A stretch of 52,563 nt of DNA, filler included, from Bipalium vagum (Eukaryota), in NCBI GenBank assembly GCA_037834085.1. It is 3 parts of 3 records of this genome, joined end to end, with 100 filler letters (N's around TTAATTAATTAA, not from the genome) between each part and the next. Parts side by side here need not be neighbours in the genome. Positions count along the whole stretch, not along the records: positions 1 to 18,796 come from JBBMKC010019059.1; positions 18,897 to 35,127 come from JBBMKC010121484.1; 1 more part is not named here. One strand, 5' to 3'. Below, piece by piece: positions 11,896 to 24,144 of this stretch. The notes beneath the pieces are model-generated. The model was given only the letters and a program-made list of their open reading frames with translations. It was not told the DNA's origin and searched no databases. Made by a program: the position numbers and the translations under genes. Numbering within the stretch: position 1 is the stretch's first letter; each line of letters starts with the position of its first letter.

Positions 11896-14800
11896 TAATA
11901 TTTTATGTGAAATAATAATCCATTAAAATTATTTGGTGTAATTAATAAGATTTTTTAAAATAAAAAATTAAATTAAAATAATTTTAAAATAAAATGATAT
12001 TAATATTTACAATAAATAGCACCTTAAATGCTATTGTTAAAAACTAGAAAATAGAGAATAATTTATAGATTCCTGTTAATGTTAATGTATTTTTAAATAT
12101 TATTAAATTAATTATTAATTAATTTTTTACTTTTAAAAATTTGCCAGTTTTCAGAAATTTCATTTGATAAGTTTAAACAATCACAGAATGACGCTACTTT
12201 ATGTAAAACTAACCAAATAAATAAATAAAATTATAAGTGAATTATTATATTTAATGGTCGTTCTGTATAAAAATAGTAAATTTTAATAAATGATTTTCTC
12301 ATCCCCCAGGGTCATTTTTGTTTATCTATTCAAAGTAGATTGTTTTGTAACTTATTTATGTAACTATTTAAATAATTTAGAAAATTTTTAAAATATACTA
12401 AATTTACGATAAATTAGTGACATGAAATTATATTTTTTATTAAAAATATAATAAAGTAACAAATTAAAATTTTAATCACCATTTGATTTTTTCCACAGTC
12501 ACAAAGATATTTACAGACAAAAATCTTAAAATTCATTTATCGTTAAAATGAGTCAAAGTGTACAACGTACATAAAAAGATATTTCATTGTTTCATCATGA
12601 TTAAAAAAAAGGAGTAAAAATGATTGAGATATATTTTATCACAGAAGATCAAAGTTAAATATTAAGGTCTTTTTTTATATTGAACGAAATAAAAACCGAT
12701 GAAAGTTTATAAATAATCGATATCAATACAATTTTATTGATTTTTGATAATGAGCAAAGACCACGAGAAGTGCTTAACAGTGAAACATTAGATCTGCTCA
12801 AAGACTGTGGACATGAATAAATTTGTTTAGGATACCAGCGATTTTCGCTGTTCTTTGACGAATCATTTTCAGATGGTTTTGAATTTTATAAATCGCTCAA
12901 AAATCGATCACATTCAGAAAAGTAACCACTGATACTAGAAGATCACTAGAAGATCAGACATTTTAATTGAAGAAATGTTTATATTTCTTGGTTTTCCCCA
13001 AAGTGACAATCATAAATTGTTTCCATGAAATTTTCATTTTAAAAAGATGTTTACGACCTACTTATGTATCATAAATAAGCAGTTTGGATTGCCACAGTGA
13101 TAAATTTTCTTTATTTGGAATATTTAATGAGCGTATATTGCATAAGTTTTTATTTGTTTTTATTATAATATTGTGACTTAATTAAAAAATTATAAAGATA
13201 TTAAAATTTAAGAATTAAAAAAATCTAGTTATAAATGATTATATTGAAAAATTTAAACAAACCTCACTTTAGGGGTAACGGTAAGAGAACAGTAAAAATC
13301 CAATAAATTTTGTGTACCAAAATTGTCAAAATTTGCAGTCTAATGTTTAATATATTTTACAGTATTACATTTTTAAAATTGAACATTTATCAGGCGGACC
13401 AGAAAGGAACAAGTGATTTAAGAAACTATTTTATTATTAATTTTATTATTCCAAATGACAAGCTAATCAATTATATATACACCATGGTTATCAACTATCG
13501 CTTTCCAAAGCTCTAACATGTGTGGGGGTCATCAGTTGGGAACAAGAAAAGAAGGAGATCATTCATTTATCATCAACTAGTTACAATAGCAATCATGAAG
13601 GTGGAAAAAGTTGTCATAAAAATTTTTACTATTAAAAATTTTATGATTTTATGTGATTATATCTTTATTGTGTAATAAAAAAACATTTATTTTATGATTT
13701 TATATGATTGTACACTGCATCTTTAAAAACATTTTAATTGTTATAGATATTTTTTTAAAAATAAATAATTTATATAATAAATAATAAAATAAAATTATAA
13801 AAATAATAATATTAGAACCTGTAGGAATATCCACTTTGAGTAAAAGATTCTTGAATGTAGGCAATGGGCAAGCTTGGCTTGAATGAGTGCAGAGACAGAG
13901 AGCTAAAAATTAAAAATAATAAATAATAAAAAATATGTGGGCGAATTGAGTGGGAAATAAATTTCCTTATATAAAAATTAATTGAGAGCGAACTCAATTA
14001 AAAAGGGATTAGTCTGAAATGTGGGAGTTGTCGTTATTTATTTATCCCATAAGGACTTTACATAAAAATTTACTTATAAAGAATAATTAAAATAAATAAT
14101 AATGATAACAGAGAATAATAATAATAAATTAATTTCTTAGAAATAAACATGTAATAATAATTTAAAATAATAATAACTGGTAATATAGTGACAATAATTA
14201 CGTCAGAAGTATTTCAAAAGTCATAAAATTTAGTTTATTTTAACTAAAAGTTAATATTTTGAAAAAATAAACGCCTACTAGAATTTATCATAACTCATCA
14301 AATAAAAATATTTAAAGTATATAATATAAATATTTAATTATAAGTGAATTAATATATTCATTTAAATTAATTAATTAAATAAAACAGAACTTGAATATTA
14401 TTTCCCGTTTCTGTCTTTATAAATTAAATCATACTCTCTTCCTTTTGTGTTAATTTCAGATAATTACGGTCTGATAAACTAATTATCAGATTCGATATTT
14501 TAGTTTAAAGCGTCTACATATTTCCTATTGCAGATTGACCTCTGCTTTAATTAAATAAAGTGTCATTTGGATCTCAATTTTAAAAAAATTGTAAAAAGTG
14601 CAAATAAAAAATTTGAAAATCATGTTGTCTTATTTTTGTGATCAGTAAACTACTTTAGGATTCAGATTAGGATAGAATACCCACATCCATTTAAAACCTG
14701 ACACATATATATTCTATTTTCACAAAATTACTATCTTTAGATTCGAAGAAAGCCCTAATCAAAAATTGATATCATCAATATCTTTGAATGATCTATTGAA

Positions 14801-15118
14801 TGATGCTTTATACACCCTGTATAAAATTGATATCACAACATTTAATAATATTAATATACTTTATTTTCAAGGTTCTTTCTGTTATAGAAATTTCAAATTA
14901 TTTTCATCAAATAAATTGAAATCTTAATTTTATATTTACATTCATTAATTTTATATTTAAATGTGATTTTTTTCAAAAATATTATTTTAGAATGACAAAT
15001 AAGTAAGTTTGAATTCACATCCATTAAAAATAAATGGTTTTAATCATAAGAAACACTAAAATTTTTAACAACTATTTTTGTTTTATTTTTTTCGCCATTT
15101 TTTAAATTTAAGTCAATA

Positions 15119-16886
15119 ATGAATACTAATTTGATACTTGTAACTAATATACCGAAAAATGTAAAACATTTTGATTTAATCAAAGAACTTGAAAATAAAT
15201 GGGCTCGTCTTATTTTTCTTGAAAATCCTTATGCAGACTTATTTGATGCATTTATTTACAATCCAACATCTTTGCTCACTCATTTCGAAATGGGTGTTTC
15301 AAGGTTAAGAAATAAAGTAATCAACGGAACCAGACCTCTTAAAGTTTATCATTTATGGTTCCCGCCACCCAATGTTACATTGACTAGTCTGGTAAGTTAT
15401 TAAAATAATGGTTGTTTAATTATAATTTTCAATTTATTTAACTTCTTAAAATATTTTTTTTCAATTAAAATATTAAAGATCTGAATTCCATCACTATTAA
15501 TAAAACAGATACCCGATAATTCTACAATGCTACCGTTTTTGTTTGTGGACAATTTGCCAAAAGATTGTGATTCTTTTGAAGTTATTGGTGATTTGCCCTT
15601 TCAGACAACTGAGGTTAAGCACTGGGATATACCACAGAAAGAAGATAAGTACGAAATTATTTAATCATTGTCACACAGTTGAATTCTCTATTGCATTCAT
15701 TCTGTTTGACAATAAATTTAATATAAAATAGATGTTATTATAATTTAGGATGATTTCTGTGGAATTTTGTAAGTAATGGATATTTATAGTAGTACAGAAT
15801 TAAAAATTAAAATATTACTTCAATCCTGAAAGTATCAGTAACAATTAATGTTTAATTTAATAATTTTTATATTTATGATTTAAAGATTTTTATTGGTTAA
15901 TATTTAGTAAAGTTATTAAATTAACTTCATAAAATCTTTGAAAAAATGTTAAATTACTATATCATCCAGTTGATGAAATTTTGTTTTGAAATTAAATCTA
16001 ATATGAATTAAAGTTAATCAATCAAAACAATATATTAATTCAGTTATAGAAAATGTTTATAAAAAGAACAATTTTACTATAACTAAAAAATATAATAATA
16101 TTATATTGTGAAAATAATATTAGATTTAAACTGACAGCAAAATTATTACTGGTGTGATTTTAGTAATGCATTAATGTTAAAAAGCTAAGAAAAAAAGGTT
16201 AAAGTTACTAAGATTTAGTAGATTAAAAATTTAACTAACTTTAACTATTGAAGTAATATATGTAATATCGACCAATCAATAAAACATTTCATGGAATTAT
16301 TTTGTGATTTTTATTGTTTTGATCAACCGTTTATTATAAATGTAGATGGATGATATTAAGACTGCCTGTTAATCAAGATGAAGCTATACGAGATTATGTT
16401 CTGAAATATATTAGAACAAGACGCTTATCAAATGGGTTATTTCCAAGAGCTCTGGAAGTTTTTGTGTCAGAAGATATTCGTTTATCTAAGAATATGATAC
16501 CTAAATCATTGCAAATTTTGCCAATGTAATTTATAATATATCTGGCGTTATTAAGACGTTTTTCTATTAGTACTTGTTCATATAAATCGAACTTATTGTT
16601 TTTGTATGACTTACCAACCAAGCTGACAGTGAAAGGAATTGCAGATGCATCAAAATCATTGGGTGTCAAGGGTTCAAAAGCATTTTTTATAGATGTTGTT
16701 GATTCACTTCGAGTTGGGTTTTTATTTGTTCCTCGGTCTTACCCAGAAAGTAAATTTGATGCATTTCAAGAAGCATTAAAAGAAAAAGAAATTGTTATCG
16801 ATAATAATCAAGCGGTAATGCTTAATTTAAATGAAGTTTATCTGCAATCAAAAGGAGCTCTTCCACCAAAGGTATTCAAAAAGAAG
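15119..16886 (+). CDS. Unrecognised spliced gene with three degenerate RRM-like units; exons 15119-15391, 15509-15648, 16346-16525, 16571-16886; both ends uncertain
   Basis: Four exons join in frame through GT..AG introns (phases 0, 2, 2; the last intron is 45 nt). RNP2-like starts: NLILVTNIPKN, FLFVDNLPKD, NLLFLYDLPTK. Possible terminal exon from 16919 (VHYMIV*). Confidence 0.65.
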
Positions 16887-17139
16887 GTAAGAAACTTGAT
16901 TTTTTTTTAATAATTTAGGTACATTATATGATAGTTTAAAAAAATTATATATAAGAACTTTTTAAAAATTAGAATTAAGTTTATTCTGAGGTACTTATGT
17001 AGTTTACACTTCACCTGAATAAAATATTTAAAAATTATATTACTCTATTTTATAAGTTTAAACAATATTTATATTTATTAACTTATTTTTGGTTTTTTAG
17101 TATTCTGAATAAATTAACATTTAAGCAATTGTTTGCTAA

Positions 17140-17535
17140 GACCATTACAGAAGAAATCTCTGTTATATTTTCATAAGAACCTGGCCTGTTTCCATATCAA
17201 AAATGTTTCTGTGGTAAAGAAATAAAGTTAAGGTCTGTTCAGAGGACAAATTCAAATTTTTTTCATATGTAATGTTAGGAGATTCCGAAAATATGTTTCA
17301 GTTTTAAAGGGTAGTGGTTAGAAAATAATCATTTTAGCATTTAAAAAATAATTAATCACGTTTTATTTTCATAAGGGACAATCAAACACAAGATAAACTA
17401 AACTTCGAACTCGATATTAGAAGCGATCATAAAGTTGTCGATTGGAAATAATTTTGCTGAGAGGTCATGGTAGAGCAATTTTACGAAATTCAGAAGAGAT
17501 TGGAAGGATTAATCATGTCGTTAAAATTGGTAGAT
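17140..17535 (+). mobile_element. Merlin (ISXO2/IS1595-like) transposase relic
   Basis: KCFCGKEIKL zinc-knuckle-like piece and KVVDWK*FC*EV (17431-17466; consensus TVVDW.NFCREV), followed by a decayed IGG...VVEIDE-like segment. Confidence 0.6.
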
Positions 17536-17594
17536 AAGACTATGTCAACCGAATGGTAGGACAAATGATATAAAATTTTTTTAGTAGTATGATG

Positions 17595-17702
17595 GGTACT
17601 ATTTTACTTTAACAACCCTGTTATAAGCAGACCAATCATAACACAGGGTTATTTTTAGATATTATTTTATATAGATCATTTATGTTAAAGTAAAATAAAA
17701 CC
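17595..17702. mobile_element. Short Merlin-type MITE copy
   Basis: Begins GGTACTATTTTACTTTAACAACCCTG..AGACCAATCATAACACAGGGTTATTTTTAGAT and ends GTTAAAGTAAAATAAAACC; same family as 45822-46081. Confidence 0.75.
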
Positions 17703-17939
17703 TAATTATATCATACAAATCAATTTTCTAATATGGTTCCTTTGAAATGATAACGGGTTGGAGAGCACAGCATAATTTTTTTGGTTCTATTTTACTTTCG
17801 CAACATTTCGCAGCATAAGTCTGTGTACATGGAAAAATCATAATTTTTCTTTAAAAAACCATTGAGAAACATTACTTTAGTAAAAAAATATTTTTTAGAA
17901 AATTTCTTTTAATAACTTTTTAATATTGTTTCAACAATT

Positions 17940-18255
17940 TTGATGAAAATAGAGATCACAAAACACAAACAATTAAATTTTTTTTCATCGATTTATCCTT
18001 TTTTGATGATCCATGAACACAAACGCGGCATTCTTTTCATTTTATTCAATGTAATCGATTCAATTTTATTCATTTTCTTGGAAGTTGCTGTTTTTGGTCT
18101 ACCAGATCGTGGTGCATCTCTTATGCTCACATTTCGATTAAATTCGACAACCTACTTGTAAAAATTTTTTTAATGTGGCATCTTGATTACCATTGGACTT
18201 AATCCTTTAATATTCAAATATTTAATTACTTCTCGTATTTCTTCTTTCTGCATTT
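17940..18255 (-). mobile_element. Mariner transposase N-terminal fragment
   Basis: MQKEEIREVIKYLNIKGLSP...SIRDAPRSGRPKTAT, the mariner HTH and GRP motif. Confidence 0.7.
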
Positions 18256-18648
18256 TATAAAACTGTTTAAATATGACACTTAAACAGCACTATCTATTTT
18301 AATGTGATTTTGATTACTGAATAATAGTTTTTAATATGGCACCGTTTCATATTGCGTTTCACATATTTCTATATCAATATTATTAAAACAACAATAAAAT
18401 TGTCAATATTTAGCAATTAATTTTAACAATCAGAAAAACCTAATATTTATAAATGTTTTGATTTCTAATTGATTTTTTAATAAAACAATTTTTACATTTT
18501 TACTCCGATTTTTGCACGATGTCTGTTCTGCTAGACTCTATATTTACGAATTAAAATGAGGCGAATGAGTTTAATTTGCAGGTTCTATCAAATTGATTCT
18601 AAGGTTATGGTGTATAAAAGTGATATAACTCGTTAATATCAATATATA

Positions 18649-18796
18649 CATGGTTGGGGTGAAAAGTCCTTAGAATGGAACCGAAAAAATTTAAATAATG
18701 AAATGATATTTTGAAATCTGCACAGCATCCATTGACAACCTTATAACAATGGATGAAACAGCTTTGTCATTGTTTACAACAGAAGGCAAAAGAGAA
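18649..18796 (+). mobile_element. Mariner end with internal deletion, truncated by the gap
   Basis: TIR-like GGTTGGGGTGAAAAGTCCTTAG, similar to the 33911 element, followed by DNLITMDET. Confidence 0.5.
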
Positions 18797-18896
18797 NNNN
18801 NNNNNNNNNNNNNNNNNNNNNNNNNNNNNNNNNNNNNNNNTTAATTAATTAANNNNNNNNNNNNNNNNNNNNNNNNNNNNNNNNNNNNNNNNNNNN
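18797..18896. other. Artificial contig-join spacer (N44-TTAATTAATTAA-N44)
   Basis: Exactly 100 nt with a central 12-mer giving stops in all six frames; the identical structure recurs at 35128-35227. Confidence 0.95.
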
Positions 18897-19467
18897 ATAT
18901 ACTATTTGGGACTGATCTTCATCTGGGAAAAATTCTTCAGAAATTCTCAAAATTATTCTTGAAATTCTAAAATGATCATCAAATTTCTAAAATTCCCTAA
19001 CAATTCCCTGAAAATATTTTCATGATTATCCTTATTATTTATTAAAATGCCTCTTTTAGACTGCTTTAAAATTAAAAATTATTTTCGAGGATTTTCTTAT
19101 TTTTTTAAGTATCTTAAAAATAAAAATCCTGGGAAATTCTCAATGATTTTCAAGTATTAATTAATTTTATTTATTAATATTATTAATAATAATATTATTA
19201 TTAGTAGTAGTATTTATAAATTATTTATAATCTTTATCATTTATCTTTCTCCGGGGGTGTCTTGGTAAACCCAACACTTTAGTTATTTTTTAAAGGTTAC
19301 TTAAGTTTTTAAATGAAATATAATTAAAATAATTTTCATGTTGTTTAATTGTACTTCAAAATGAAATTCGTTGAAAATTCAAACTATTTGGTTTGAAAAT
19401 TTCAAATTCAAAAATTTGACATTTTTTTTATTTTTATAATACTGAAGTAAGATATTTTTAAAATTCT

Positions 19468-20055
19468 CCATTTGGGGCTGCTTCAGCCATAAAGGTGTGG
19501 GAGTGCTGGTAAATGTCACAGACAAAAAGATAAATGCCGCATGTTACCAAGAGATTTTGAAGAATTGTTTGCTTCAATCTATTTCTAGACTGCATCCAGA
19601 TGATGAATATCTATTTCAACAAGATAAAGCGAAATCGGTGAAAATGTGGATGAAACAAAAACCGATACCTGTTATACCGGATTGGCCACCACAATCTCCT
19701 GATTTAAATCCAGTTGAACATATATGTGAATATATTGATAGAAGAATTCATGGAAAGTATTATCAACAAAAAAGATCTATGGGAACTGGTCAAGTAAGCA
19801 TGGGAAGCAATTCCACGTGAGTTCATCAATAATCTGTTTGGAGTATACCTATGTGTTTGAAGGAAGTAATCAAATTGCGCGGTGGATCTACCGAAAAATG
19901 CTGAACATATTTTTAATGTATTGCATTGGTAAATAAATATTCCATAACATGCAAAAAACAGATTCTCATTATCTCTACAATTGTTTCTTTTATAGCAGTT
20001 TAAATACTAAATTGTTGAAAAATTTAAGGTATTAACTTTTTTATGGACTGTTGTG
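19468..20055 (+). mobile_element. Tc1 (DD34E-type) 3' fragment with right end
   Basis: WGCFSHKGVG, YLFQQD, DWPPQSPDLNPVEHI; the end reads TTATGGACTGTTGTG|TA. Confidence 0.85.
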
Positions 20056-22229
20056 TACTTTGTTATTGTAATATTGAATTGTATTATAAATTTTTCATTT
20101 GATATTTCTCCTTATATTCATTTTTTTATAAATAAGTTTTGTCCGGAAACTGTTTCCAACCCAAAACAAATTAGGAGTTTTGAAAAATAATTTTATTATA
20201 GTTATAAGATTACAACATGGAATAATTTGTAGAAATAGCAACTGATTAATGATAATAAAATAATTTAAATTATTAAAATATAATATAATAAATTATTTAG
20301 AGATAAAGAAGATCAACCTGTATAATTTTCTTTAATGATAACAATAATTTTCAATAATCCGAAGGAAATTTTGGGACATTAAGGAAGTGTCCGAATTTTT
20401 AATTAATTTTTAAAATTATTAATTAAGATTTATTCCGGCAGTACTCCAAATAATTAATGGCCAGATCAAGACTGGACATTTGGCAAAAAGTGATTTTTTG
20501 CATAAATTGATAAGTATAATAAAAATAACGATTAATTTTCTTTACTCATTTTTAGTTTTAATTGCTTTATAGCAAAATTGGGATCTTCTTAATGGGTAAT
20601 TTTGGTTTCTTTAGTAAAAGGAAACGGTCTATTATTGTTGAAGACAAATGGAAAATGCGTTTTTAAACGAAACTATTGAGAAAATAGCAAACTAACCCTT
20701 GCTATGTACAATAAGGCTTAACAAGATTTTAATTGTCCTGTTTTCATATTAAATTTTCATAGTAAATATTTATAGATATAATTTGCATAGATATATCAAA
20801 TATCCACAAATCTAAGTTCTTTCAATGGAGAATTAATAAGTTTTATTCAAGTGCCATGTATTCATATAAGAGATTGACAGTCTTTGTTAAATAATAAAAG
20901 AATTGTCTTATTTAGTTATTATATTTCCCCTACCTAAATAGTAATGAAATTGATTATGTTTTGCATTCCTATTTTAATTGATAAAGGTGGTTTATTTAGT
21001 GCATAATTAAAGTCAATATTTCTTTCCTTTAAGTTTTAGTTTCCGTCAGGGTAACAGACGGATTTCAATGAACTTCATATTTCGTTATAAAAACTAAATG
21101 TCGGTTTGTAATGCACGAGGTATAGAAAAGTGACCACTTGCATTTGTAAGATATCAAGTTTTCTAAAAAAGATATATTTTATGAAGTTAAAGTAGTTTAT
21201 ATTAAAATTTTGATATTAAAAGTATAATAGATATACAAAAATATGGATATCTTATTAAATTAGATCGATTAAACAACAGAAGTAATATTTCAAATATAAT
21301 TCATTAAAATATTAAGTGAGAAATTTTTTATGAAAATAAGCACATACATATAGAATAATTGCTATTTCAAATCATAAACTCTATATGACCATATATGTAT
21401 TAAAATTTACCAAGGAAGAAATCATTGAAATGCTATTTAGCTTTAGAAAAATAAGATAAAAGTTTAATGTAATGATTTCCTAAAAATATTTTATAACCTT
21501 AAGCGATTTTTATTTTTCCCCCGTATATTTTAGTTAATTTCTTTAACTCGAGGGAGCATACTTTTCTTTAAGAGCACAACGATAATGGATTATTTCTGAT
21601 CAATCAGACTTTAGGTCTGACAATGAATTTCATAGAGATCCTCCGTAATTGAAGGTCAGAAATAGTGGGTTCAAGTAGTAAGTGAATTTGGATATTTCAA
21701 AAATCTTAAATGTTTATTAGAAATAAATCCAAGTAAGACTTTATTAATTTCCTCACATTAAATCAATCAGTACTAAACAGTGAAAAAAAGGTTTAATAAA
21801 ATTTCAACAGAGGTCGGTATACAAAATAAAAAATTGATCCGCAGATTATTATATAAAAATGACATTAATCTGGTGAGGAATCCGAATTAGGTCGTGCATT
21901 GTACTCGATTGATTAATTAGCCGGTTCAAAAAATGATCTTATTTCGATCATCGGTTATCTTTTTATAACAATCAGAGAATGCAAAAAATGAAATTTAAGG
22001 AGCACCTTTATCATAAAAAAATTGATCAGGAAATGATTTGATCAACGAAATTAAAAAACTTATTAGTTATAAAATTAATTATCAGTGGGCAATAATTGTT
22101 TCTTTAAATTTTTCTTTCATCAATATTTAATCTGGATTTTATATGTGAGGAATAAGAAATAAACAAAATGATACTCATTTCATAACAATTAGAATTTGTT
22201 AATAAAGGGTACAAAAAACAATATAAATA

Positions 22230-23778
22230 AAATTTATCAAAGCCTTCGCCGCCAATTGCTTTGGCCAGTGAAATAATTTTTGATGATGTGGTTGTTATTT
22301 GATTTGGTACGCCTTTATTAAATACGCATTCAGGTCAAACTTCTTTCCAACACGCGTTTAATGTGTATGGTTTAATTTCAGCAATTGCTAATGCAACATG
22401 GTTTATACAGTTTAAAATATTAAAATCTTTCCAAACATCTGTAACTGTGATTGATTCAGTTTCTAGCTTATCGAAAATGTAATGAAAGATTGACTTAAAA
22501 TAATATTTTTGAATGCCGAAATAATCCCCTGATCTAATGGTTGAATTAAGCTAGTTGAATTTGGAGGGATAAAAATTATGTATATGTTAAGATGTTCTAC
22601 CTTTTCATGATCTGGTGCATTATCAAGAATTAATAAGATATATTCAATTATATTATATTCTCTTTCATATAAATTTTGACTTCAGGTACGAAGCAGTTAT
22701 TAAACCAATCGCTGTAGTTACCAAAGCTTTTTTGTTAGCCATAAAATGTATAGGTAGCTTATTTCGATCTTTTCCTTTTATTCCACGTGGTTTTAAAGAT
22801 CGATTTACAAGCAGTGGTTTCAATACCCTATCTCCAGATGCATTGCTGCAAACCAGTAAAGTAACTCGATCTGTGGCAGCTTTAAAACCACTTGCAGATT
22901 TTTCGAAACTTGCTATATAGGTACGATTGGACATTTTTTTCTAAAATAATCCAGTTTCTTCAGCGTTGAAGACTTGATTGGCACAATATTCACCATCTTT
23001 AATAATTTTGGAAAATTCTTCAGGGTATTTTTTTAGCGGCTTCTTGGTCTGCAGAAGCGACCTCACCTTTTACCTTCATATTTTTTTCATATTTCTTTTG
23101 ATAAAACCAGTTAGCCATCCCGTAGTAGCCGAAAATGAGGATGTAGATGACTCTGATTCCCTTATCTGTTCGTAAAACCGTAGAGATTTCTCTTTAAGTA
23201 AATATCTATTTATCGGAACTCTTTTTTGAGTCAAATCTTCAATCAAAATTACGAGGGCTTTTTCTGTTTTTTCTTTTTAAGGATCTCTTGAATATGATGA
23301 TAATTTAGAGCTCAAATTTGTACCGGATCTAATAGATTTCTGTATTGATACCTCTTTATTTTAAATTGTTCTAATTGTTGATGCACCCAACTTTAAATGT
23401 TTACCAATTGCTGTAGATTTCTCTCCATTCGTCAAGCGATCAAGTATCATAATTCTGGTTTCTAAGGAAATTGCACTTTACTTCTGGGGTTTAACTTTAC
23501 TGTCACACATTTTACTTAAGAAATAATAAGTGAAGTTTAAATTTAATTAAACACAATTATTTTTGAAAGAGCTTTTTAAAAACTAAAAACTTTTATTTAA
23601 ACAAATTTAATAAAACCGTATACGATTATATACAAAATATATAACAATTTTTAAAAAACGTACAAAAAATCGCATATAAATAGAGTATAGTTTCATTAAA
23701 AAAACCGCATAACTTCAAAATCGCATTAAAAAATTCGCATAAAAAGAGAATTGCGTGTATATAAATAGAGGATGGCTG
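22230..23778 (-). mobile_element. pogo/Tigger transposon, decayed
   Basis: From ATG 23510: HTH (AISLETRIMILDRL..GEKSTAIGKHLKLGASTIRTI), FSATTGWLTGF, SGFKAATDRVTLLVCSNASGD, LDNAP, FIPPNSTSLIQPLDQGII. Tigger-like end CAGCCATCCTCTATTTATA at 23778 with ATGCG subterminal repeats. Confidence 0.9.
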
Positions 23779-23789
23779 AAAATTTCGCG

Positions 23790-24144
23790 CACATTGTCCC
23801 ATTGTTATGTCATCCCATGCATGAATCAGAGCCATTTTGAAGGAATCTGCATTTTGATATGTTTTTCTCCAATATAGACCAAACGGAAAAATCCATCGGA
23901 TTCAGATCTGGTAAATATGAAGGCCAAATATCTTTTCCACAAAAGCCGGAAACAGGTTTTAATTAGTGCAAACTGTAGATTTCGCAGAATGAGCAGGTGA
24001 AACTGTGTTGTCCGAAATACTGCAGTCCAATTCAGGAGTGTGTCTCGAAGAATAAGCTGCTGATAATTTTCCGCATTTATTCTGACGTGTTTGTCAACAA
24101 AATTGTCTGTCTTAAAAATGTACGGGAACTTTTCAGCCACCCAG
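23790..24144 (-). mobile_element. maT (DD37D) transposon fragment
   Basis: FVDKHVRINAENYQQLILRDTL, WPSYLPDLNPMDFSVWSILE; end TA|CTGGGTGGCTGAAAAG. Confidence 0.75.

Noticed and set aside
14991-15002. 12-nt segment with good splice sites upstream of the RRM-like gene as a coding first exon
   Set aside because: Splicing to the 15113 acceptor gives a stop in the ATG frame; at most a UTR exon.
18841-18852. TTAATTAATTAA palindrome between N runs (also 35172-35183) as a biological site
   Set aside because: Identical 44+12+44 layout twice and stops in all six frames indicate an assembly linker.
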